From Candidatus Daviesbacteria bacterium RIFCSPLOWO2_01_FULL_39_23 (lineage in GTDB: Bacteria > Patescibacteriota > Microgenomatia > Daviesbacterales > UBA10151): 64,000 bases of DNA. The stretch covers positions 19,619-83,618 of the forward strand of contig MFDN01000001.1 in the NCBI GenBank assembly GCA_001776935.1, read 5' to 3'. Positions within the stretch are counted from its first letter, which is position 1, and each line of letters opens with the position of its first letter. The notes beneath the pieces were generated by a model. The model saw only the letters and a list, made by a program, of their open reading frames with translations. It searched no databases and was not told the DNA's origin. The translations under genes and the position numbers were made by a program. Shown in pieces: positions 1-8,383 of this stretch.

Positions 1-811
1 GTTGTGCTTCTTCTTTTAGTTCATTTTCTTCTTCTAAAACATCCAAAGCTGCTCCGGCTAAATGCTCTTGAGTTAATGCTTTTGACAGCGCATCTGTGTC
101 TACAACGCCGCCACGGGAAGTATTAATCAGCAAGCTCCCTTTTTTCATTAAGGAAATATTGCCTTTGTTAATTAAATGATGTGTTTGTTCCACTAACGGA
201 ACATGCAAAGTGACAATATCGGAATTTTTTAAAAGTTCCTCAAGGGTAACGTAAGAAAATCCTAAATTTTTAGAAAGTTCATCGTTTGGATGGGGGTCCA
301 TGGCTAAAACTTGCATATTAAAACCTTTGGCAATTTTTATAACATTACTGCCGATTTTTCCGGTTCCCACCACTCCCAAAGTTTTGCCGTTTAGATCAAA
401 TCCCTTAAATCCATCAGTTGAGAACTCTCCGCTAAGTTTTAATCTGTAAGCTGCTTGAGGAATTTTACGTGAAAGAGACAGGATTAACCCAAAAGTAAAT
501 TCTGCCACAGTATTGGAACCATACGCAGGAACATTGGATATTGAAATATTCTTGGTTTTTGCAAACTCGCAATTAACATTATCAAAACCTGTTGCCCGGA
601 CAGTTATGTATTTTAAATTTGGAAAAGAATTCAAAACTTTAGGGGTAAGCAGAGACTGTACAAAGATAGAAATAACTTCAAAATCCGTATTCTGGGGAAT
701 AGAATCTTCGTTTAAAGGATTTTCAAAAAAGGCAACTTCATGGCCTTCTAAATTTTGGGAAAAATATACTTGTTGATCCTTATCGCGGATTTCAAAAAAG
801 GCAGTCTTCAC
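1..811 (-). CDS. D-isomer-specific 2-hydroxyacid dehydrogenase (NAD-binding), 3' end runs off the window; GTG start ~809-811
   Basis: Minus-strand translation gives MKTAFFEIRDKDQQ...GKTLGVVGTGKIGSNVIKIAKGFNMQVLAMDP (GxGxxG Rossmann motif of D-LDH/2-HADH family) ...RGGVVDTDAL. In-frame TAG upstream of the GTG. Confidence 0.8.
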   Translation of the reverse strand, partial: MKTAFFEIRDKDQQVYFSQNLEGHEVAFFENPLNEDSIPQNTDFEVISIFVQSLLTPKVLNSFPNLKYITVRATGFDNVNCEFAKTKNISISNVPAYGSNTVAEFTFGLILSLSRKIPQAAYRLKLSGEFSTDGFKGFDLNGKTLGVVGTGKIGSNVIKIAKGFNMQVLAMDPHPNDELSKNLGFSYVTLEELLKNSDIVTLHVPLVEQTHHLINKGNISLMKKGSLLINTSRGGVVDTDALSKALTQEHLAGAALDVLEEENELKEEAQ

Positions 812-856
812 TAATTTATTATACAGAAAAATCTAATCGAAGTATAAATCATTTAT

Positions 857-958
857 GTCATCCTGAGACCCGATTAAATCGGGGCGAAGGATCTCTCAAC
901 TGGCTTGAGGAGAATCTGACATAAAGTCAGAGATTCTTCGCTAGTCGCTCAGAATGAC
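857..958. repeat. Complex ~100-bp inverted-repeat/multi-hairpin element in divergent intergenic region
   Basis: gtcatcctgag...cgaaggatctc (857-895) pairs with gagattcttcg...ctcagaatgac (930-958). Internal perfect hairpins cccgat-taa-atcggg (867-881) and ctgac-ataaa-gtcag (916-930). Confidence 0.6.
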
Positions 959-991
959 ATTGCGGTATAATAGAAATAACAGTCTTTTGAT

Positions 992-1793
992 GAATATTAC
1001 CCTTATAAAAAATCTTTTGGATATTAGCGGAAAAACAGCTATTGTAACAGGCGGAGCTTCGGGTATTGGTTTTGGGATAGCCTGCAGACTGGCAGAAGCC
1101 GGGGCAAATATAGTGATTGCAGATGTGCAGGCTGATGAAGCGCAAAAGGCAGCAGAAGATTTCTCAGCAAAAGGCTGGAAGGCAAAGAGTGTAATGGTTG
1201 ATGTATCAAATGAGGAAGATGTTAAAAACTTAATTGCTGAAACGGTTTCAACTTATGGGTCGGTTGATATTTTGGTTAACAATGCCGGGATTTATCCTGC
1301 TATCCCTATTTCGCAGATGTCTTTAAAAGATTTTGAAAAAGTGATTGATGTGAATTTAGATGGGGTATTTTTGTGCACAAAGTATGCCTCCGAGCAAATG
1401 AAAAAGCAAGGCAAGGGAGGCAAAATTATAAATGTTGCCTCAATTGATGCATTACATCCTTCTATGGTAGGGCTTTCTGCATATGATGCTTCAAAACACG
1501 GGGTTTGGGGATTTACTAAAAATGCGGCTTTAGAGTTGGCGCCTTTTAAAATTTGGGTTAATTCCATAGCCCCGGGAGGAATTGCCACGCCGGGGGTCGC
1601 TAAAATGCAATCCCAGGAAAATTCAGCTGGCGATGGAGGTAAAGCAATAGAAGAGTTTATGGCAAAAATCCCTATGGGCAGAATAGGGGAACCGGATGAT
1701 ATCGGAAAAGTAGCCTTATTTTTAGCCTCGGATATGTCCTCTTATATGACCGGGTCACAGATTGTAGTAGACGGCGGCGTACTTTTATCCTAA
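992..1793 (+). CDS. SDR-family oxidoreductase (3-oxoacyl-ACP reductase-like)
   Basis: TGGASGIG Rossmann motif, NNAG motif, catalytic region YxxxK-like (YDASKHGV). ORF track 954..1793; likely start MNITLIKNLL at 992. Confidence 0.85.
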
Positions 1794-1803
1794 CTTTTGT
1801 TAT

Positions 1804-1834
1804 TGACAACGGTTCCCTATTTAAGATATGATAT
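1804..1834 (+). promoter_or_regulatory. Sigma70-like promoter for csoR operon (TTGACA 1804-1809; -10 candidates ATATGA/TATGAT ~1827-1834)
   Basis: Perfect TTGACA, 17-19 bp spacer to a TATGAT-like hexamer, immediately upstream of the palindromic operator and csoR ATG. Confidence 0.45.
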
Positions 1835-1850
1835 CCCCCTAGGGGGGACT
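1831..1850. promoter_or_regulatory. CsoR operator-like GC-rich palindrome (core CCCCCTAGGGGG)
   Basis: Perfect 12-bp palindrome ccccctaggggg at ~1835-1846, flanked tccccctagggggga. Sits between the -10 region and csoR start codon, the only GC-rich dyad in an AT-rich intergenic region. Confidence 0.6.
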
Positions 1851-1858
1851 AGACAAAT

Positions 1859-2131
1859 ATGACTTACAGACCTAAAGATACTCAGGAACGTATTTTACAC
1901 AGACTTAAGATTGCCAAAGGACATTTGCAAAAAGTTATCCAAATGGTTGAATCCGGTCAATATTGCATAGACGTGATTCATCAGTCTCAGGCTATCCAGC
2001 GTGCTTTGCAGGAAGCAGATTCTGTGCTTTTGGAAAACCACCTAAAAACTTGTGTGGTGGATCATATAAAAAAAGGCGAAGCAGATTCGTCCATTCAGGA
2101 AATTATGAATGTTTTACAAAAAAGCAGATGA
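1859..2131 (+). CDS. csoR: CsoR/RcnR-family metal-sensing transcriptional repressor (copper-sensing CsoR-like)
   Basis: 90 aa. CIDVIHQSQAIQRAL...HLKTCV contains the Cys/His/Cys metal-ligand pattern of the CsoR (DUF156) family. First gene of an operon encoding CopA and CopZ. Confidence 0.8.
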   Translation: MTYRPKDTQERILHRLKIAKGHLQKVIQMVESGQYCIDVIHQSQAIQRALQEADSVLLENHLKTCVVDHIKKGEADSSIQEIMNVLQKSR

Positions 2132-2631
2132 ATAACAAAAAAATAATTATTGGTTTTATAATTTTTACCCTTTTAATGCTGGGGGGCGGGGTTTTTGTTT
2201 TAAGCAGTACGACTTCCGGCCCGGGTAAAATCACAGCTTCTCAAAATGCCAAAGCAGAAGTTTTGGAAAAAACTTTTGACTGGGGAAACATACCTATAAA
2301 CGGCGGCAATGCCACAAAAACTTTCATTATCAAAAATACAGGTTCTGAGATCTTGAAACTTACCGGAATTAAGACTTCCTGTACTTGCACAAAAGCGCAG
2401 GTTGAAATAGAGGGAAAAACCAGTCCCTATTTTAGCATGCATGCAACATCGGGGTGGGTCGGAGAAGTGGCGCCGGGTAAAGAGGCCCGGCTCTTGGTTA
2501 TTTTTGATCCGGCTTTTCATGGGCCAACAGGAGTCGGTTCTGTGGAAAGACTGATTTCTATTCAGACAAATGATTCTCAAAACCCTAATCTGGAATTTTC
2601 TTTAAAAGGAGTCGTGATTAAAGATCAATGA
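2128..2631 (+). CDS. DUF1573 domain protein (signal-anchored, conserved TSCTCT motif)
   Basis: MNNKKIIIGFIIFTLLMLGG signal/TM then FIIKNTGSEILKLTGIKTSCTCTKAQ, matching the DUF1573 consensus (FxFxNTG...SCGCT). ATGA overlap with csoR stop. The longer ORF-track start at 1963 overlaps csoR out of frame and is rejected. Confidence 0.6.
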   Translation: MNNKKIIIGFIIFTLLMLGGGVFVLSSTTSGPGKITASQNAKAEVLEKTFDWGNIPINGGNATKTFIIKNTGSEILKLTGIKTSCTCTKAQVEIEGKTSPYFSMHATSGWVGEVAPGKEARLLVIFDPAFHGPTGVGSVERLISIQTNDSQNPNLEFSLKGVVIKDQ

Positions 2632-3557
2632 AAAAAATTAAGAAAATACTGGCAAAAGCGGTTCCTTTATGGATGGTGATTTTAATTACTATAAATTCCA
2701 CCATGATTATGGGTATTGCACAGTATTATTTAATGAGAGCAGAGCTTCGCAGGAATTTAAGCGAGCTTGCAAAAACAACAAAGAGTCCGGAAGATTTAGT
2801 GACAATTCTAAAACAGGAAGTTCTGCCGCAGGATGGTTATACGACTTCTTTAAAATGGAAAGATTTGGGAAAACAATTGGTAGAATCAGGAGCCATTGAT
2901 AAGAAAAAATATGAAGAAATTTTTACTTCTACCTCAGATGGAGCGGACCATATGAAATATCTTAATGAAGCCTCAGAAGATAATATCAGAATAGATGAGA
3001 AAAATTCCCGCTTCATGGTTAACACTTTTTGGGCTTTGGGTTTGGTACAAAAAAGCAAAGTTTTAGATGAAGGGCCGATGAAAACCGGCGGCACGCCGAC
3101 AGAAAATTTTGCCTCAACAGGAGGGTGGACTTTAGGGGCAAAACCTGTAATGGAAATTTATTCATCCAGGGAATTACTGCCCCTGAATTCTTTTCAGCAG
3201 GATTTGGTGAAAAAGATTGCTGAGAATGTTTTCCGTCCCTGTTGCGGCAACTCCACAGCCTTTCCTGATTGTAACCACGGCATGGCTGCTTTGGGTTATA
3301 TAGAGTGGGCAATCTATAACGGTCTTCCTGAGGAGCAAATTTACAAAGACCTGTTAGCTTTTAATGTTTTCTGGTTTCCGCAAAATTATGTGGAAATGGC
3401 AGTGTACTTTGATAAAAACGGCACAAAATGGAAAAATGTTGACCCGAAACTGGCTTTAGGCAGCGAGTACTCGTCCGCTCAGGGAGCGCAGCGTATTAAA
3501 CAATCTGTTCAAAGCGTACCCGGTTTGCAGATTCAGGGAGGGGGCTGCGGGGTATGA
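2628..3557 (+). CDS. Hypothetical membrane-anchored protein with Cys cluster (CCGNSTAFPDCNHG)
   Basis: 309 aa, N-terminal TM helix, ATGA overlap with the upstream gene, ends GGGCGV. No recognisable family. Confidence 0.5.
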   Translation: MKKIKKILAKAVPLWMVILITINSTMIMGIAQYYLMRAELRRNLSELAKTTKSPEDLVTILKQEVLPQDGYTTSLKWKDLGKQLVESGAIDKKKYEEIFTSTSDGADHMKYLNEASEDNIRIDEKNSRFMVNTFWALGLVQKSKVLDEGPMKTGGTPTENFASTGGWTLGAKPVMEIYSSRELLPLNSFQQDLVKKIAENVFRPCCGNSTAFPDCNHGMAALGYIEWAIYNGLPEEQIYKDLLAFNVFWFPQNYVEMAVYFDKNGTKWKNVDPKLALGSEYSSAQGAQRIKQSVQSVPGLQIQGGGCGV

Positions 3558-3561
3558 AGAA

Positions 3562-3600
3562 AGTTCAAAGTTCAAAGTGTAAAGTGTAAAGTGTAAAGTT
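3562..3600. repeat. Tandem heptamer repeat (AGTTCAA x2, AGTGTAA x3, partial)
   Basis: agttcaa agttcaa agtgtaa agtgtaa agtgtaa agtt, lying between the stop of the 2628-3557 gene and the start of the 3618 gene. Confidence 0.8.
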
Positions 3601-3617
3601 ATGAGATATAAGGTTTT

Positions 3618-4454
3618 ATGGAAAATGTACTTTTTCAAACATCTCTTATAGCTGCGTTTGTGGCCGGGATGGTGGCCCTTTTTGCTCCCTGCTGTATTAC
3701 TTTTTTACTGCCTGCTTATTTAGGCAGTGTTTTTAAGGAAAAGGAAAAAGTAATTCTAATGACTTTGGTTTTTGGTGCAGGGATTTTTACGGTGCTTCTG
3801 CCTGCAGTTTTAGGGGTGGCTTTTATTTCCAAATTTTTATTCCGGTACCATGATTTAATTTATTTTATCGGCGGTTTTGTAATGCTTATTGTGGCTTTAA
3901 CTACTTTTTTAGGTTTAAAAATGCCTATGCCTAATTTACCCGGGGCTAACATCGGCAAGAGGACAGATGTGGTATCAATTTTTACGCTTGGGATGGTGTC
4001 AGGTGTTACCAGCGCCTGCTGTGCTCCGGTTTTGATTGGAATTATGACTTTAACATTCCTGTCCCCTACTTTTTTCGGGGCTTTATTGGTAGGCGGTATG
4101 TATGTTTTAGGAATGGTGATTCCCCTGCTTTTGATTGCTGTTTTTCTGGCTGGTAAAATGCCGAAATTTTCTGTTTTAAGAAAACCTATTTTTTCTCTGA
4201 ATTTATTAGGGAAGACCTATTCGGTTATTCTTAGTAATTTAATTGCCTCGGCAATATTTTTATTTACCGGACTTTTGATTTTGGGCTTAACAATTACCGG
4301 TAAACTTTCGGCAGAGAATATGGATGAGTTTACTAAGATTATCACTAGTGCCTTGAGCAGTGCCAACAATGCGTTTGGTAATAATATTTTATTAAACATT
4401 TTGTTTGTGGGTACACTGGGGCTATTTATTTATTGGATATCCAAAAAAGTGTAG
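3618..4454 (+). CDS. CcdA/DsbD-transmembrane-domain-like thiol:disulfide membrane protein with di-cysteine motifs
   Basis: FVAGMVALFAPCCITFLLPAYLGSV resembles the CcdA TM1 motif (AGxxSFxSPCxLPLxPxYL). A second motif GVTSACCAPVLIGIM resembles CcdA TM4 (PCxxP). Multiple TM helices. Confidence 0.5.
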   Translation: MENVLFQTSLIAAFVAGMVALFAPCCITFLLPAYLGSVFKEKEKVILMTLVFGAGIFTVLLPAVLGVAFISKFLFRYHDLIYFIGGFVMLIVALTTFLGLKMPMPNLPGANIGKRTDVVSIFTLGMVSGVTSACCAPVLIGIMTLTFLSPTFFGALLVGGMYVLGMVIPLLLIAVFLAGKMPKFSVLRKPIFSLNLLGKTYSVILSNLIASAIFLFTGLLILGLTITGKLSAENMDEFTKIITSALSSANNAFGNNILLNILFVGTLGLFIYWISKKV

Positions 4455-4482
4455 TATATATCCTGAGGGGGTGATAATCACT

Positions 4483-4611
4483 ATGATGGGTTGGGGAGGT
4501 TATGGCTACGGCATGATGAATTCAGGATTTGGCATACTTTTTTCGTTAGTCGTATTATTGGATCTGATTCTTTTAGGAGTTTGGCTTTGGAAGCAGATTC
4601 AGAAAAAATGA
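4483..4611 (+). CDS. Small Gly/Tyr-rich single-TM membrane protein (42 aa)
   Basis: MMGWGGYGYGMMNSGFGILFSLVVLLDLILLGVWLWKQIQKK. Strong SD gagggggtg 9 nt upstream of ATG. ORF track 4405..4611 trimmed to the SD-supported start. Confidence 0.45.
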   Translation: MMGWGGYGYGMMNSGFGILFSLVVLLDLILLGVWLWKQIQKK

Positions 4612-4633
4612 TTCTTGGAAAGGGGTGATAAAA

Positions 4634-4903
4634 ATGCTGAATGCGAAAGCTTTTGCTAACGCCGCATCGTTGGTGATGGCAGTATGGGTTGTGGGCTGCG
4701 CTTTGCTGGCATATGTAATGCCTGATTTACTTTTTTCTATCTCGCAGTCCTGGACTCATACTATAAATCTCGGGGCAGTCAGAGCGCCGTTTAATCCCGG
4801 TTTGGGATCGCTAATTCTTGGTTTTGTCAGTGCGGTGGGATTGACCTGGGTAACAACTTACGGGACAGTTGCCCTTTACAATAAATTTGCAAAGAAAGGT
4901 TAG
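4634..4903 (+). CDS. Small hypothetical membrane protein (89 aa)
   Basis: MLNAKAFANAASLVMAVWVVGCALLAYV..., two predicted TM helices. SD aaggggtg 7 nt upstream of ATG. Confidence 0.45.
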   Translation: MLNAKAFANAASLVMAVWVVGCALLAYVMPDLLFSISQSWTHTINLGAVRAPFNPGLGSLILGFVSAVGLTWVTTYGTVALYNKFAKKG

Positions 4904-4909
4904 AGAGCA

Positions 4910-5335
4910 ATGAGAAAGGCTGTTGTTTACGGAATTTTGGCAGGCGCGGGACTGCTCGTTCTATATCTTTTAGTGATGGGTTTGGCATCAGGGTCATGGG
5001 ATTACACTGCGAGACAGCTGATCAATTTTAAGTTTTGGATTGCTGCGCTGGTTTTGGGGTTTGGTATTCAGGTTGGGCTGTTTAGCTATCTTAGGAATTG
5101 CCGTGAAGAAACTGCAGCAGGTAAAAGGACAGTTGCAGCCGGAGCAGGTACATCTACTGTGGCGATGCTGGCATGTTGCGCCCATCACATAAGCGATGTT
5201 TTGCCTTTTTTGGGCTTGTCAGTATTAAGCTTGACACTTAGCAAATATCAGGCGTGGTTTTTGGGTTTGGGTGTTGCGTCAAACCTAGTTGGGATATTTT
5301 TGATGCTACAACAAATTAGGAGAATGAAAAAATGA
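4910..5335 (+). CDS. Hypothetical integral membrane protein with ACCAHH motif
   Basis: 141 aa, 3-4 TM helices, MLACCAHHISDVLPF in a TM segment. Located inside the copper operon. Confidence 0.45.
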   Translation: MRKAVVYGILAGAGLLVLYLLVMGLASGSWDYTARQLINFKFWIAALVLGFGIQVGLFSYLRNCREETAAGKRTVAAGAGTSTVAMLACCAHHISDVLPFLGLSVLSLTLSKYQAWFLGLGVASNLVGIFLMLQQIRRMKK

Positions 5336-5763
5336 ATAAATTGGGAATAGTTTTAATATTAACAATGGTTTTTTTAACAGCCTCATGGGTATGGATGGTA
5401 AGCGGGTCAAAACAGGATCCTGCGCCTTCAAAAATTCCCATGACTTTAAGCAGTCAAAGCGATGAGAAAGGAGATGTCGCTGTGAAAGTTACACCGATTT
5501 CTCTAGAGCCGGGTAAACAAGCAAAATTTGAAGTGGTTTTGGATACTCATTCAGTAGAGCTAATTTATCATATGGTTAAGATTTCCAGCTTAAGCGATAA
5601 TCAAGGCAATGCATTGAATCCAGTTTCTTGGAGCGGTGGATTAGGTGGCCATCATTTAAAGGGCGAACTTGTTTTTCCTCCTCTTAAGATGGATGCTAAA
5701 TCAATAGAGCTTTTTATTTCTGGTATTGATGGTTTTGACAGAAGTTTTAGCTGGAATATATAA
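5332..5763 (+). CDS. Hypothetical secreted/periplasmic protein (signal anchor, GGHH motif)
   Basis: MNKLGIVLILTMVFLTASWVWM signal. Beta-rich sequence with LGGHHLKGEL. ATGA overlap with the upstream gene. Confidence 0.4.
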   Translation: MNKLGIVLILTMVFLTASWVWMVSGSKQDPAPSKIPMTLSSQSDEKGDVAVKVTPISLEPGKQAKFEVVLDTHSVELIYHMVKISSLSDNQGNALNPVSWSGGLGGHHLKGELVFPPLKMDAKSIELFISGIDGFDRSFSWNI

Positions 5764-5781
5764 AGGAGGATACCGAAGCAG

Positions 5782-6141
5782 ATGAGTATAGATAAAATAT
5801 TAGTTGCTTTTTTTGGTCTTTTCGGGATAGCTTTTACTTTTTGGTTTTTTTTGATGAAAAAAGAAAAAGAGGTGGAAGTAAGCGGGGAAATAGATATAAC
5901 AGTTTCCGGTGGCTATTCTCCGGAGGTAATTTCCGTTCCTGTTGGTAAAACTACCAGAATGAATTTTTTCCGGACAGACCCGACAGATTGTTTGTCCGAG
6001 GTCGTGCTTCCTGATTTTAAAATCCGAAAAGAGCTGCCTTTAAATAAAAAAATCAGCGTGGAAATAACTCCGAAAAAAACAGGGGAATTTGGATACACTT
6101 GCGGCATGAATATGTATCATGGAAAAATAATAGTTAAATAA
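5782..6141 (+). CDS. Cupredoxin-like (Cupredoxin_1-type) small membrane-anchored protein, probable Cu-binding
   Basis: N-terminal TM then [17 protein letters not shown]...[19 protein letters not shown] (C-terminal Cys/Met/His ligand cluster as in cupredoxin folds). SD aaggagga upstream. Immediately precedes copA. Confidence 0.5.
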   Translation: MSIDKILVAFFGLFGIAFTFWFFLMKKEKEVEVSGEIDITVSGGYSPEVISVPVGKTTRMNFFRTDPTDCLSEVVLPDFKIRKELPLNKKISVEITPKKTGEFGYTCGMNMYHGKIIVK

Positions 6142-6142
6142 T

Positions 6143-8383
6143 ATGGCAGAAAATAAGAAAACATTCAAAATAAAAGGCATGCATTGCGCTTCATGCATAA
6201 GGGTAATCGAAAGCTCTATTAAAAAGATTCCCGGAATATCCGATGCTTCAGTTAGTTTAGTGACAGAAAAAGCAACAGTAGCGTTTGATCCCAAAAGGGT
6301 AAATGATGAACAAGTTATGTCTGCTGTTTCCAGGGTAGGTTATAAAGCCTTTTTGGAGGAGGAAGGGGAATCGGAAGAAAAAGAAAAAGAAGAAAAGCAA
6401 AAAGAACTTTCTGCCCTTAAAAGAAAAGCTTTTATCAGTTTGTTTTTGGCATTTTTAATTGTTTGGGGAAGTTTTCCTTACATTGACCAATTTGCTCCAT
6501 TTATCTTAAAAAACTTCTGGGTGCAACTTATTTTAGCTTTGCCTGTGCAGTTTTGGGCAGGACTCATGTTTTATAAAGCAACAATTCCCGCTCTGCGCCA
6601 CCGCACTGCCAATATGGATACTTTAATCACCATCGGAACAACTGCGGCTTTTGGGTATTCGGTAGTCGCTACAGTTTTTCCGCAGATTATTGAAAGCGCA
6701 GGCATTGAGCCGATGCCTTATTTTGATGTATCGGCAGTAATTATCGGTTTAATTTTGCTGGGCAGATATTTTGAAGCAAAAGCCAAAGCAGGTACCTCAG
6801 AGGCAATTAAAAAGTTAATCGGATTGCAGGCTAAAACTGCCAGGGTTTTAAAAAACGGTAAAGAGGAAGATATAGCAATTGATCAGGTTGTGATTGGGAA
6901 TATCATCCGGGTAAGACCAGGCGAGAAAATTCCGGTTGACGGAAAAGTAAAAGAAGGGCAATCTTCGGTAGATGAGTCAATGATTTCCGGAGAAAGTATT
7001 CCGGTGGAAAAAACAAAAGGAGACTTAGTTATCGGAGGGACGATAAATAAAACAGGAAGCTTTATTTATGAAGCAACCAAAGTGGGAAGCGATACTATGC
7101 TTGCGCAAATCATCAAGCTGGTTGCCGAAGCGCAAGCCAGCAAGGCGCCGATTCAAAGACTGGTTGACTTAATTTCTTCTTACTTTGTGCCGGTAGTTTT
7201 AATGCTTGCAATTTTTACCTTTACAGTATGGTATATCTTTGGGCCTCAGCCTGCATTTTTATTTGCCATGCTGAATTTGGTGGCGGTTTTGATTATTGCC
7301 TGTCCTTGTGCCATGGGACTTGCAACTCCAACAGCCATTATGGTGGGAGTGGGCATTGGGGCGGAACACGGGATTTTAATTAAAAACGCAGAAAGTCTGG
7401 AAATTGCCCATAAAATAAATACGGTGATTTTTGATAAAACCGGAACTTTAACAAACGGTAAACCAGTGGTAACAGACATAATTTCGACCTCGCAGGTCAA
7501 AGGCGCTGGACCTGCGAGGTCTGTGCTGCAGATTGCCTCATCAATAGAAAAAGGGTCAGAGCACTCCTTGGCTGAGGCTATTGTCCAGAAGGCAGACCAG
7601 GAGGGACTTGCCCTGAGCGCAGTCGAAGGGTTTAAGGCAGTACCGGGGCACGGAGTAGAGGGAATTATTAATAAAAAAAGGGTGATCTTTGGGAACAGGA
7701 AGTTGATGGATCGGGAAAAAATTATCTGGCGGAAGATGGAGGCAAATATTGAAAAGTTGGAATCAGAGGGTAAGACAGTTATGATGCTGGCAGTTGAAGG
7801 TGAACTTGCTGGATTGATAGCAGTTGCGGATACTTTAAAACAAACTTCCAAAAAAGCAATTGACACGCTTTCGAAGATGGGAATAGAGGCTGTGATGATT
7901 ACAGGTGATAATGAAAGGACTGCTAAAGCCATCGCAAAACAGGCAGGAATTAAAAGAGTTTTGGCAGAAGTGCTGCCTGATCAAAAAGAAGCTGAGGTAA
8001 AAAAAATTCAGGCAGAGGGTAAAGTGGTGGCTATGGTGGGGGACGGGATTAATGATGCGCCGGCCCTGGCAGCAGCCAATATAGGTATTGCTATGGGAAC
8101 CGGAACAGACGTGGCAATGGAGGCGGCGGGAATTACCCTGGTAAGTAAAGATTTAGCTTCTGTTGCCGAGGCAATTGAATTATCAAAAAAAACAATGAGA
8201 ACAATAAAGATGAATCTTGTCTGGGCTTTCGGGTATAATATAACCTTAATACCTGTGGCAATGGGAGCTCTTTATCCGGTCTTCCAGATATTGCTAAATC
8301 CCATTTTTGCCTCAGCGGCAATGGCTTTAAGTTCAATATCAGTGGTCAGCAATTCATTGCTTTTGAAAAGGACTAAACTCTAA
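6143..8383 (+). CDS. copA: Copper-translocating P1B-type ATPase
   Basis: N-terminal HMA domain GMHCASC, TM CPC motif ([13 protein letters not shown]), DKTGTLT phosphorylation motif, GDGINDAP hinge. 746 aa. Confidence 0.95.
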   Translation: MAENKKTFKIKGMHCASCIRVIESSIKKIPGISDASVSLVTEKATVAFDPKRVNDEQVMSAVSRVGYKAFLEEEGESEEKEKEEKQKELSALKRKAFISLFLAFLIVWGSFPYIDQFAPFILKNFWVQLILALPVQFWAGLMFYKATIPALRHRTANMDTLITIGTTAAFGYSVVATVFPQIIESAGIEPMPYFDVSAVIIGLILLGRYFEAKAKAGTSEAIKKLIGLQAKTARVLKNGKEEDIAIDQVVIGNIIRVRPGEKIPVDGKVKEGQSSVDESMISGESIPVEKTKGDLVIGGTINKTGSFIYEATKVGSDTMLAQIIKLVAEAQASKAPIQRLVDLISSYFVPVVLMLAIFTFTVWYIFGPQPAFLFAMLNLVAVLIIACPCAMGLATPTAIMVGVGIGAEHGILIKNAESLEIAHKINTVIFDKTGTLTNGKPVVTDIISTSQVKGAGPARSVLQIASSIEKGSEHSLAEAIVQKADQEGLALSAVEGFKAVPGHGVEGIINKKRVIFGNRKLMDREKIIWRKMEANIEKLESEGKTVMMLAVEGELAGLIAVADTLKQTSKKAIDTLSKMGIEAVMITGDNERTAKAIAKQAGIKRVLAEVLPDQKEAEVKKIQAEGKVVAMVGDGINDAPALAAANIGIAMGTGTDVAMEAAGITLVSKDLASVAEAIELSKKTMRTIKMNLVWAFGYNITLIPVAMGALYPVFQILLNPIFASAAMALSSISVVSNSLLLKRTKL

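Noticed and set aside
1963-2131. Upstream part of ORF-track ORF 1963..2631 overlapping csoR in another frame
   Set aside because: The recognisable DUF1573 protein starts at the ATG at 2128 (signal peptide). The 5' extension has no family support and overlaps csoR completely.
7246-7932. 228-aa minus-strand ORF inside copA (and similar antisense ORFs inside lon, hppA, secA, lysS, RNR, lipase, GT-C genes, e.g. 19620..19961, 22363..22677, 23697..24086, 38882..39304)
   Set aside because: They lie antisense to strongly supported conserved genes, have low-complexity translations and lack any motif; typical shadow ORFs.
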